From assembly GCA_965203305.1 (NCBI GenBank), contig OZ241874.1:1640904-1704903 (forward strand): a DNA stretch of 64,000 nt, written 5' to 3'. The notes under the pieces were generated by a model, which was not told the DNA's origin, ran no database searches, and was given only the letters and a program-made list of their open reading frames with translations. The position numbers and the translations under genes were made by a program. This stretch comes from Rhodothermales bacterium. Its GTDB lineage: Bacteria > Bacteroidota > Rhodothermia > Rhodothermales > Bin80. The number at the start of each line of letters is the position of its first letter. Position 1 is the first letter of the stretch. Positions 10,393 through 19,372 of this stretch are shown here, one piece after another.

Positions 10393-11907
10393 ATGAAACA
10401 GCCCAGCACAAAAGATCTATCTGTCCAGGATCAGGCATTTATGAGCAAGGTCAGGCGCGAAGGATTGACGTACGACGATGTGCTCCTGGTTCCGGGAAAG
10501 TCAAGCATAATGCCCAGAGATGTCAAGATCCATACATGGGTGACACGGAAGATAAAACTCAATATTCCACTGCTCTCGGCAGCGATGGATACAGTTACAG
10601 AGGCAGGGCTTGCCATCGCAATGGCACGGGAGGGGGGAGTTGGTGTCCTGCACAAGAACATGTCCATAGAGGATCAGGCTGCACAAGTACGCCGTGTCAA
10701 GCGATCAGAAAGCGGGATGATCCTGGATCCGATTACTCTTGAGGTGGAGAGCACGGTAGGAGATGCCCGTACGCTAATGTCCAGATATTCCATAGGGGGA
10801 ATCCCTGTTGTAGACAGTGCACAGCATCTGGTAGGGATTATTACGAATCGGGACTTGCGGTTTCAGGAAGATAATCAGCAGCCGGTGAGGAGTGTCATGA
10901 CCCCATCGCCACTGCGTACTGCCCCTGTGGGGACAACCCTGGAACAGGCGGAGGCAATCCTCCAGCAATACAAAATTGAAAAGCTGCCTGTTGTTGACGA
11001 CGAAGGGCATCTGAAGGGGCTGATTACATTCAAGGATATTGAAAAAAAGCGCCGTCATCCCCTTGCATGCAAGGACAGTCATGGGCGCCTCCGTGTTGGA
11101 GCAGCAGTGGGAGTATTCGGAAATATGCATAAGCGTGTGGATGCACTGCTTGCGGAAGAGGTTGATTTTGTTGTTGTGGACACGGCACATGGACATTCAG
11201 AAGGGGTTCTGAAAGCTGTAGAAGACCTGAAAACGCGCCATGCTGCCCTGCAGGTTGTTGCCGGAAATGTTGCCACAGGCAAAGGAACAGAAGATCTGAT
11301 TGCTGCAGGAGCAGATGGCATCAAGGTGGGCATTGGCCCGGGATCAATCTGTACAACACGAGTTGTGGCTGGAGTAGGGGTCCCGCAGTTCACGGCCATT
11401 CTTGAATGTGCTGCCGCAGCAAAGCCACACGGGATTCCGGTTGTAGCGGACGGGGGAATCAAGCAAACGGGAGACATCCCCAAAGCACTGGCAGCAGGTG
11501 CATCCAGCATCATGGTCGGGAGTCTGTTTGCAGCTGTTGAAGAGAGCCCGGGAGAGACGGTGATCTTTGAGGGACGAAAGTTCAAGTCCTATCGGGGGAT
11601 GGGATCCCTTGGGGCGATGAAGCAGGGAAGCAAGGACAGGTATTTTCAGGATGCCGAGGATGATATCAAGAAGCTGGTCCCGGAAGGAATTGAGGGCAGG
11701 GTTCCCTATAGTGGATACCTTCACGAGGTTGTCTACCAGATGGTCGGCGGACTCAGGGCAGCTATGGGATACTGTGGATGCGAAGACCTAGAAACATTTC
11801 GCAAGAAGTCGGAATTTGTAAGAATTACGGCCAGCGGGCTGCGTGAAAGCCATCCCCACAGCGTTCATATCACGAAAGAAGCCCCGAACTACAGCTACCG
11901 CAGATAA
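10393..11907 (+). CDS. guaB: IMP dehydrogenase
   Basis: [16 protein letters not shown]-terminus, a tandem CBS insert, and the catalytic loop [11 protein letters not shown]. The start is ambiguous: TTG 10387, ATG 10393 or ATG 10441. Confidence 0.95.
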   Translation: MKQPSTKDLSVQDQAFMSKVRREGLTYDDVLLVPGKSSIMPRDVKIHTWVTRKIKLNIPLLSAAMDTVTEAGLAIAMAREGGVGVLHKNMSIEDQAAQVRRVKRSESGMILDPITLEVESTVGDARTLMSRYSIGGIPVVDSAQHLVGIITNRDLRFQEDNQQPVRSVMTPSPLRTAPVGTTLEQAEAILQQYKIEKLPVVDDEGHLKGLITFKDIEKKRRHPLACKDSHGRLRVGAAVGVFGNMHKRVDALLAEEVDFVVVDTAHGHSEGVLKAVEDLKTRHAALQVVAGNVATGKGTEDLIAAGADGIKVGIGPGSICTTRVVAGVGVPQFTAILECAAAAKPHGIPVVADGGIKQTGDIPKALAAGASSIMVGSLFAAVEESPGETVIFEGRKFKSYRGMGSLGAMKQGSKDRYFQDAEDDIKKLVPEGIEGRVPYSGYLHEVVYQMVGGLRAAMGYCGCEDLETFRKKSEFVRITASGLRESHPHSVHITKEAPNYSYRR

Positions 11908-11964
11908 AAACAGACGGTTCTCACTCTTTGAAAGGGAATGATCCCGCAAGATCCGCAAGAGAGG

Positions 11965-13116
11965 TTATTTCTCCATCCCCATGTCCGGGGGCTGCTCTTT
12001 TGGAGGGAAATTCCTTATGATGTACTCCCGCAGGGACGGGATCGGGGCGGAGTATAACTTCGTTGCTCCTTCAATATGGAAGACTCCCCGGCGAACTGCC
12101 CGGAAAAAGAGCTCTGCGCCTTCCCCCGCTCCGTACTCCTTGTCCAGTTGGTCCACGGCCACCTCCTGTTCTATCCCGCCTTCCCCCGAACTTGCCAGCA
12201 GTATCCGTACAAAACTCCTGCACTCTTTCGCTGTGAAGTCATCCAGTCGGGCTTGATAGTATTCCATGCGACGTGCCCGTCCTTTCTCCATGACGAGACG
12301 TAGCAACTCCGGGGTCATCCGCCCACCGTTCGCCTTAAGTATCTGTGCGGCATTCCGTGCGTAGGAATCAACATGCCTCGGCCACTGGTATGTCTCTGTG
12401 ATGATCGTGTCTATCCAGTGCGTGACATCTCCTGTCGCTTCCCCCGCTTTCTTGAGCCAGTCTTCCACCACGGCTCTCTCTTCTTCCTTTTTCAGGGGTT
12501 CCATATCAAACATGCAGTCCTCTGCCATCCTGGATATCCCCAGTGCTCTGAATGCTGCATGGGTCATCCCCAGTCCGCCCGCCAGCAGGATGACAGGTCT
12601 CCTTAGTTTGCTATTGTGAATCTGATCCAGGAGATATCGGACATCGTCTTTGTACTCCCCTGTTATTCTGCCGTCTTCGCCCAAATGCTGGGCCTCGTCC
12701 AGGATAAGCAAAACAGGTGCTGTTTCTAGCTTGAGAATATCTGCGGGGGTGTCCAGAGGGGCATTGATCTCTGTCTCGGTTTTCCGGGAGAAGTTGAAAA
12801 ATTTATCCAGTCCCCACCCCGTTGTTTTCCCCACCCTTTGCGGGGGAAGACCAAGCGTTTTCCGCAACTCGTCTGGATTCCACAAGTCTTCTGGATCAAT
12901 CTCTGCTACTCCCCAACCCCGCTCTTCTGCCTCATCCCAGCATTTTGCCAGGAGCGCAGTTTTGCCCACACCCGGAGGTCCTTGAATTAGAAATATGGTT
13001 CCGCCTTTGGATTCCATAGACTCCGCAAGTGCCTTCTGGAACTCCAACAGGATCGTTTTGCGTCCGTGAAAGTGTTTGGCCGCTCCTCTGTCTCGAAAGC
13101 CTTGAATCTTGTTCAT
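11965..13116 (-). CDS. Orphan AAA+/ORC-like ATP-binding protein
   Basis: Walker A LIQGPPGVGKTALL and Walker B VLLILDEAQHL. Start moved to MNKIQGF (M81 of ORF 11965..13356) because the upstream part overlaps the end of the preceding gene. Confidence 0.6.
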   Translation of the reverse strand: MNKIQGFRDRGAAKHFHGRKTILLEFQKALAESMESKGGTIFLIQGPPGVGKTALLAKCWDEAEERGWGVAEIDPEDLWNPDELRKTLGLPPQRVGKTTGWGLDKFFNFSRKTETEINAPLDTPADILKLETAPVLLILDEAQHLGEDGRITGEYKDDVRYLLDQIHNSKLRRPVILLAGGLGMTHAAFRALGISRMAEDCMFDMEPLKKEEERAVVEDWLKKAGEATGDVTHWIDTIITETYQWPRHVDSYARNAAQILKANGGRMTPELLRLVMEKGRARRMEYYQARLDDFTAKECRSFVRILLASSGEGGIEQEVAVDQLDKEYGAGEGAELFFRAVRRGVFHIEGATKLYSAPIPSLREYIIRNFPPKEQPPDMGMEK

Positions 13117-13282
13117 CGTTTCATTTGGGATATCTCCTGGAGAACAAGTACGCCATGGAACAGGGTCTGTTCTACTTTCGCGCACTTGCGGATTTTGCTG
13201 GATAATTCCCCTTTGAAAGCTGTCAGTGGGGGCTTGGAGCTGTGGTACAAATCCCCCTGGCAGGAGTATTCTTTCCCGAAGC

Positions 13283-14353
13283 CTACAGTCTGACTGTTCG
13301 CCGCTCGCGCGCAGCCCTGTCCGCGGCCAGCACGATCTTAAGGCTGCTGACGGCATCCTGCATATGGTCTGTCAGATCAAGGTCTTCCTGGATCGCACGG
13401 AGCAAAAATTCCTGCTCCAGCGCACACAGCTCGTCATGTGAGGGTTCGTCAGAAGTATCAATCAGATCGTCCTGCCTGTCAAAATTGCCAGATTTATCCC
13501 GGCTGCTGTGGTGAATTTTGAGGCCTCCGGTCTGGGTGTGTCCCTCAATATCATCTGTTTGATCTTTTGCTTCATCCACGATGCTTACAGAGCCAAGAGG
13601 ACCGACGACATCCTTTACAAATGAAGCTGTTTCACTCATCATGGGACCCCATCCAGCCTCATACCAGCCTACAGACCCGTCATCAAACGATACCTGAAGC
13701 TGCCCGTAGTTATACATGTCGGGATGGATTTCATCGGAGAGTCTTGCTCCAATTGCACTGACGGCCACTGGACGGGCCCTTGTCATCTGACACATCACAT
13801 CTACGTAGTGAACTCCACAGTCCACAATCGGAGACATGGAATCCATCAGTTTCTTGTGGGTATCCCACTGCCTGCCACTGCTCTGCTGATTCAGATTCAT
13901 ACGCATAACCAGGGGCTTGCCCAGCTGTTGAGCAATCGAAATGAATTTCGTCCAGGCCGGGTGCACGCGCAGGATGTATCCGATAACCATTTTCCGGTCC
14001 AGCTTGTGTGCCAGATCAACGAGTGTCTGTGCCTCCTCTGCTGTTTCTGCAAGGGGCTTTTCTACGAACACATGGCAATTTGCTTCAAGTCCCATCCGCA
14101 CATAGTCGGCATGGGTGTCAGGATAGGTATTGATTGACACGACATCAGGGGCGGTAGCCGCTAATGCCTGTTCGTAGGAAGCAAAGGTAGGCAGTCTGCC
14201 CAGTTCTTCGCTAAGCTGATTGCGGGATGTGGGGGTACGGCTTACAAGCCCCACGATTTCGAAGGAATCATCCATAGCATGATAGGCGCGGGCGTGGGAA
14301 ACCCCCATATGTCCGCATCCTGCCACGAGCACTTTAAATCTTTTTGCTGACAC
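13283..14353 (-). CDS. Gfo/Idh/MocA family oxidoreductase
   Basis: N-terminal Rossmann fold FKVLVAGCGHMGVSHARAY and the EKP motif (VFVEKPLA). Confidence 0.8.
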   Translation of the reverse strand: MSAKRFKVLVAGCGHMGVSHARAYHAMDDSFEIVGLVSRTPTSRNQLSEELGRLPTFASYEQALAATAPDVVSINTYPDTHADYVRMGLEANCHVFVEKPLAETAEEAQTLVDLAHKLDRKMVIGYILRVHPAWTKFISIAQQLGKPLVMRMNLNQQSSGRQWDTHKKLMDSMSPIVDCGVHYVDVMCQMTRARPVAVSAIGARLSDEIHPDMYNYGQLQVSFDDGSVGWYEAGWGPMMSETASFVKDVVGPLGSVSIVDEAKDQTDDIEGHTQTGGLKIHHSSRDKSGNFDRQDDLIDTSDEPSHDELCALEQEFLLRAIQEDLDLTDHMQDAVSSLKIVLAADRAARERRTVRL

Positions 14354-14650
14354 TTTAGATAAGGATTATGTTCGGGTTCTGGTACCGATAAAATCGCATA
14401 TGGTTCGCGAGTGCCCCATGAAATCATGCAGATATTGAGGGTTATGCCAGCGTACTGGCTGATCAGGGACAGAGATCAAATGTCTGAAAATTGCTGACCG
14501 GAGTGTGGCGGGGACGCTCGTTCTCTGAAAGTGCATCAAAGTACCATGCTTTTTCTGTGGATCGTGGGGGTGACAGTCTCCCGAAATCTGCACATAGCAA
14601 ACGGAAATTTCGGGGAGTACTGTACCAATGCCGGCCACACATTTCAGTCA

Positions 14651-15460
14651 TCACCTGGATGTGCTGCCCCCGAAGACGATGTTGACAGGGGTTCCTCTCT
14701 GGATATGCAAGAGAGTTGCAGCGTTGCCCTGATTCGTTGCTACTTCAAGCAGGTTGCTGCTTCCGAAAAGCATCAGTGTTTCTCCCACAGGCACATCGCT
14801 GTATGTACGGTGAACATTGCGAATAATTCCGCTTCCCGCATAGCCCTTGGCTTGTCTCCCGCCAGAGTGTTTCTCAAAGAGCTCCCGAGAGATATTCGTG
14901 ATACAGTTTCCAAAGTGGTCAATATATACCACCCAGCCCCGAATGCCTTCCTGGTCATCAATTGGCAGTGCCCAGTGAAGAGGTCTCAGCTTTGTGAGGG
15001 GAGGTCCCAGCTTCTCAAGCGGAATGCCACTGGACAGCTGTGCGGCAGCAGGAGCAAAAAGGTCTCGCCCATGAAATGTCGCTGAGACAGGACTAGCCCC
15101 ATTCGCCTTCAGTTCCACCATCTGGTCGGGGGTTTCTGTCTCCAGAAGGAGTGTGAACAGCCCATTGTCCGGCCCCACGAAATAATGTTCATTGTGCCGC
15201 AGAGCCACTGCACGCCGATCAGAGCCAACTCCTGGATCCACAACAACCAGATGAATTGTGCCAGGCTGGAAATACGGCAGAGCCTGCTGCAGGATGAATG
15301 CAGCGGCCATCACATCAAACGCCTGTACCTCGTGGCTGATATCAATGAAAGTCAGATTTGGGTTCATTCCCAGCATGATGCCTTTCATGGCACCAACATA
15401 TCCCTCACGATTCCCAAAATCCGTGGTTAGTGTGACGATGGAATGACTGTGCCCCATCAT
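14651..15460 (-). CDS. SAM hydrolase / SAM-dependent halogenase family protein (DUF62)
   Basis: N-terminal VTLTTDFGNREGYVGAMKGIM and HLVVVDPGVGS motifs, characteristic of the DUF62 family. Confidence 0.8.
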   Translation of the reverse strand: MMGHSHSIVTLTTDFGNREGYVGAMKGIMLGMNPNLTFIDISHEVQAFDVMAAAFILQQALPYFQPGTIHLVVVDPGVGSDRRAVALRHNEHYFVGPDNGLFTLLLETETPDQMVELKANGASPVSATFHGRDLFAPAAAQLSSGIPLEKLGPPLTKLRPLHWALPIDDQEGIRGWVVYIDHFGNCITNISRELFEKHSGGRQAKGYAGSGIIRNVHRTYSDVPVGETLMLFGSSNLLEVATNQGNAATLLHIQRGTPVNIVFGGSTSR

Positions 15461-15471
15461 TGAAGAGATGT

Positions 15472-17472
15472 CTATAGATTCATTCCAATGCCGGCCTGAA
15501 GAGAGCGGCCTTCTGCCGGCTCAAAGTAGCGTCCCCCAAAGGCATTTACGACCAGTGAACGTACATGCGGTTGATTAAGAGCATTCTGAATACGTACAAA
15601 GGGAGCAAGTGTAATGTGGGGGCTGATTTGCCAGCTTGAACGGGAGAGGTAGAGATCCAGGACAACGAAGCTGTCAGATTGCGTGGAATTTTCATTGTCC
15701 CCCCACACTGCGGAGGCAGACTCAAGGACAATCTGGGCAGCCCACCCGCTGGCAGTTATGCCGTAAAGTGTCATATGGAGCTGATGAGAAGGTACGCCCG
15801 GAATTTTGCGGCCTTTGCCCGGATTGTTGAGGAAAATAAAGGAGCCATAACTATATGAGATTCGTACACCTGCGGGAGAGTTCGCAGGCCATTCAAGGGC
15901 AATTTCTGCGCCGCGGTGCCGATTCTTTCCACCATTCACATACCATGTACGCCCGTCTTCACTCTGCTGTGGGAGGAGCCGATCCCGTATGCGGAGGGAA
16001 AAGATCGCCAGGTCCAACTCAATGCGCAGGTGATCCAGTCTGCCACGCACTCCGGCTTCTGTTCCAAGGGTCTGCTGCGGACCAAGATCAGAATTGAATC
16101 CACCGCGCTCCGAAGGGCTGTTGATGAGCTCCGTTGTGGTCGGTGTCTCAAAAGCAGTTCCTGTATTCGCATACCAGGTCAAGGTACCTGTGTGATAAAA
16201 TACGCCGACCGATGGACTGAACGCCACGAAGGTTCGGTTCCCGCCTTGATCTCCGTCCGCTTGCAGATGATCCAGCATCGTGAATCGCAGCCGATCCAGC
16301 CTTGCTCCGGCGGAGAATCCAAATTTCGCTGAAAGATGTACGTTCAAACCTGCAAATACAGCAAGACTTCCTGCCGTTTCCTCCTGGTCAAGAAGCGTTC
16401 GGTTTCCCCTGTTGCCTGCGCTGTTGTTGAATCGGATGCGGTCATCCCGCATGTGTCGCAGGTCAATGCCTGTCGTAAATCCGAAATCTTCTCCTGCATT
16501 TATCTGGAACTGGGCATACAGGCCGCCGGCAATGCGCTCCAGTTCACTCCAGGCAAAGCTCAGGGGATTCTCAAGATATCTGCGGATGCCATAGGCTGTT
16601 GCCGTTACACTGCCCTGACGGATCTGCCTGTGCAAGGTCACTCCGGTTTGCAGATGCAGGCTGGCCTTCCCTGCAGACATCTTTACATGTCTGGGGTCTG
16701 CCTGTCTGGGGTTCTGTGACATCTGTGCCAGCGTCAGCGAGCCGGGAGACAGAACATCCTGAATGGCTGCATTGAATGCAAACAGGATTGCTGTGCGGGG
16801 ACCGGCTGCTGCTCGGACATGCACGCCTGCACGGGAGAAGTATCCTTTGCTATGTGCACGATATCCGGTTTTCCTTATCCCTGAAGCATGGGCGTTGATC
16901 TGATACGGTCCAAATCGGAAATGAGTGCTTGCCAGTGCATGATGCAGTCCATGACTGCCTGCCATATATCGGATTCGAAGGGGGGAAGTCTCCGCAGAGC
17001 TGGCAAGGTGCAACACGCCTCCGCTGGCATTGCCCCAGAAAAGCGAGCTGGGTCCTCTGAGCAGTTCGGAATGCCCAATGAATACAGGATCCACCACATC
17101 CAGCATGCTCTGTCCGTCTGGCATGGTGAGTGGAATCCCGTTCAGGAACGCCTGTACCCCGCGCACTCCGAATGCCGCACGGTATCCCATTCCCCGGACC
17201 AGGATTCTTTCCCCGAGGGCGAAATGCCCCCGCTCGCTGATCTGGGTCCCAGGCAGTCCGCGAAGTACACGCTGGAGAGACAGTCCAGGTTCGGAGAAAA
17301 TGATGTCATGTTTCCGAACAAAAATGCTGCGGGCAGCAGTAGTATAGGTTTCCAGCTGTCGGGTGGACTGGACCGTCATCACGGGAAGAGATACAGTTGC
17401 TGAATCCTGTGCGGAACCTGTATGGGAGAGGATCCCGAGAAAGCAAAGAAAGACCGTGAAGCGATGACTCAT
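15472..17472 (-). CDS. TonB-dependent outer-membrane receptor
   Basis: Signal peptide from MSHRFTVFLCFLGILSHTGSAQ. Plug region (ERILVRGMGYRAAFGVRGVQAFLNGIPL) and a beta-barrel ending in an aromatic-rich C-terminus. Confidence 0.8.
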   Translation of the reverse strand: MSHRFTVFLCFLGILSHTGSAQDSATVSLPVMTVQSTRQLETYTTAARSIFVRKHDIIFSEPGLSLQRVLRGLPGTQISERGHFALGERILVRGMGYRAAFGVRGVQAFLNGIPLTMPDGQSMLDVVDPVFIGHSELLRGPSSLFWGNASGGVLHLASSAETSPLRIRYMAGSHGLHHALASTHFRFGPYQINAHASGIRKTGYRAHSKGYFSRAGVHVRAAAGPRTAILFAFNAAIQDVLSPGSLTLAQMSQNPRQADPRHVKMSAGKASLHLQTGVTLHRQIRQGSVTATAYGIRRYLENPLSFAWSELERIAGGLYAQFQINAGEDFGFTTGIDLRHMRDDRIRFNNSAGNRGNRTLLDQEETAGSLAVFAGLNVHLSAKFGFSAGARLDRLRFTMLDHLQADGDQGGNRTFVAFSPSVGVFYHTGTLTWYANTGTAFETPTTTELINSPSERGGFNSDLGPQQTLGTEAGVRGRLDHLRIELDLAIFSLRIRDRLLPQQSEDGRTWYVNGGKNRHRGAEIALEWPANSPAGVRISYSYGSFIFLNNPGKGRKIPGVPSHQLHMTLYGITASGWAAQIVLESASAVWGDNENSTQSDSFVVLDLYLSRSSWQISPHITLAPFVRIQNALNQPHVRSLVVNAFGGRYFEPAEGRSLQAGIGMNL

Positions 17473-17761
17473 GATACAGGCAGTGAGACAGCTTTGAATG
17501 AGTATTGCGATTACTGGAAAGGTACTGCCCGGGGATGAACTATGGTGAACCCGGCTGCTGTTGTTCCGCAGTCTGATATTCATAATCAGAGTGCATATAC
17601 GATTCAGACGCGTCATGGTGTACTTTTCGCCCGCAGTCTGAGGTATATTCCCTAAATTGTTTGGTCAATCAGCAGGAGAATTTGTCCGGTACATTAAATG
17701 AAACCCGATATCCATAACATGATCCACGGATTTTGCTGTACTAACTGGAATAGTCACATAC

Positions 17762-18445
17762 ATGCTTGTTGCGATTGAGGGAATTGATGGGGCAGGGAAG
17801 GGGACGCAGGCCAGACAGCTGCTGGAGCGCACTCGGAGTCTGGGGTATACCGCGGAGCTTCTTTCTTTTCCCCGTTACAAAGACACGCATTCTTCGGAGA
17901 TGGTTGCGGCATACCTGAATGGCAAGTTTGGCACGCTGCAGGAGGTGCCTCCTGCATTTGCAGCGACCCTCTTTGCACTGGATCGCATGGAAAGCCGTCC
18001 TCACCTTGAGCAGATGTGCAGGGACTATGAACTGGTGATTGTTGACCGATACGTCGCGTCCAACCTTGCCTACCAGAGTGCACGGATTGCCATGCCAGAA
18101 CGCATGATGTTCATGGAGTGGCTCTCGAATCTGGAATATGGGGTATATCGTCTGCCAAAGCCGGATGTAACATTCTTTCTTGATATTCCTTCTCGTGCAT
18201 CCCAAAAACTGGTAGCCCGCAAAGAAATTCGTACGTATACCGAACAGGTGTATGATCTCCACGAGCGTGATGTGGAGTATCTCATCCGCGTAAAAGAAGT
18301 GTATCACTGGCTCATCAGTTTGCATATGCTGGATCCCCTCCAGATGATTGATTGCCATGATCACGATGGTACTTTGCGCGACATGGATGATATCGGGCAG
18401 GAAATCTGCGACCTGGTTGTTCAGCTCATAAATGGAGACGGGTGA
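17762..18445 (+). CDS. tmk: Thymidylate kinase
   Basis: P-loop MLVAIEGIDGAGKGTQ and DRYVASNLAYQ motifs. Confidence 0.9.
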   Translation: MLVAIEGIDGAGKGTQARQLLERTRSLGYTAELLSFPRYKDTHSSEMVAAYLNGKFGTLQEVPPAFAATLFALDRMESRPHLEQMCRDYELVIVDRYVASNLAYQSARIAMPERMMFMEWLSNLEYGVYRLPKPDVTFFLDIPSRASQKLVARKEIRTYTEQVYDLHERDVEYLIRVKEVYHWLISLHMLDPLQMIDCHDHDGTLRDMDDIGQEICDLVVQLINGDG

Positions 18446-18593
18446 GGGGGCAGTCAGTCAGAATTTTGCTCAGAAATCCGATCCCCTTGATATCGGGCAT
18501 CTGCGATTTATTCATGCTCCCCGTGAACCTCAAGCGATAATTTTACGTAAAGGGAGTGTAAAGAAGATGTTAACCAATCCTGATAAAGCCTGA

Positions 18594-19310
18594 ATGACAA
18601 GACATATAATCCCGAGTTTTTGGCTTTTGTTGTTTGCAAACCTTTTCATACCCTTTATTATGGGTTGTCAAGGTACACATGAAGACGGAGAAGACTTCTC
18701 CGAATCCTTGGATAAAAAGGATGGGGCCGGCGAGAATTCTGGGTTCCCTGCGGGCGAGAATGATGCAGGGGACATAGAGTCTATCGCTCTGGAACTGTCA
18801 AATATCCTCGGAGAGGTATCGGGGTCCGTGAATGGCATTTCGGCAGTCAGCTACCAGGAACTTCAGAAAATTCTCCCGAAGAGTGTCAATGGAGTGTCCC
18901 CGGTCATAACAGACGGCCAGATGATTGAGATTGGAGGCGGGATATCCAAAGTGCATGGTGAATATGAGGATGGTGAACAGGTTGTAACCGTTGCGATTAT
19001 TGATCTGGCAGCATTTGGAAGGCTGGCAGCACTTTCGCTCTCGGACTGGCTTGATGAAGAAATTGACCGGGAAAGTGACCGGGGATTCGAGCGAACACAA
19101 ATCTTTCGGAGTCGAACCGGAGAGTATCCCATCTACAAAAAGTACCATAATGAACGCGGTCACGAATCATGCGAACTGCACTCGTGGGCGGAAGACCGAT
19201 TTCTTGTTGCAATTATGGGTGATGGTGTCTCCATGTCCATCTGTGAATCGGCCAGAGACAGGATTTCATTCCGGCAGCTAGAGATTCTCGCGCAGGCACA
19301 GGATGACTAG
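18594..19310 (+). CDS. Hypothetical lipoprotein
   Basis: Hydrophobic N-terminus ending in a lipobox-like FIMGC. No recognisable domain. Confidence 0.5.
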   Translation: MTRHIIPSFWLLLFANLFIPFIMGCQGTHEDGEDFSESLDKKDGAGENSGFPAGENDAGDIESIALELSNILGEVSGSVNGISAVSYQELQKILPKSVNGVSPVITDGQMIEIGGGISKVHGEYEDGEQVVTVAIIDLAAFGRLAALSLSDWLDEEIDRESDRGFERTQIFRSRTGEYPIYKKYHNERGHESCELHSWAEDRFLVAIMGDGVSMSICESARDRISFRQLEILAQAQDD

Positions 19311-19372
19311 CCGAAAGAGTGAATCTTGTTGCTGATCGCCGTAACTTTGGTCACACAAGATTCTGTCTTTTC

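Noticed and set aside
13117-13356. 80-codon N-terminal extension of the AAA+ ATPase ORF
   Set aside because: It overlaps the 3' end of the upstream oxidoreductase gene (stop at 13283) and is Arg/Pro-rich. The MNKIQGF start leaves a normal intergenic gap.
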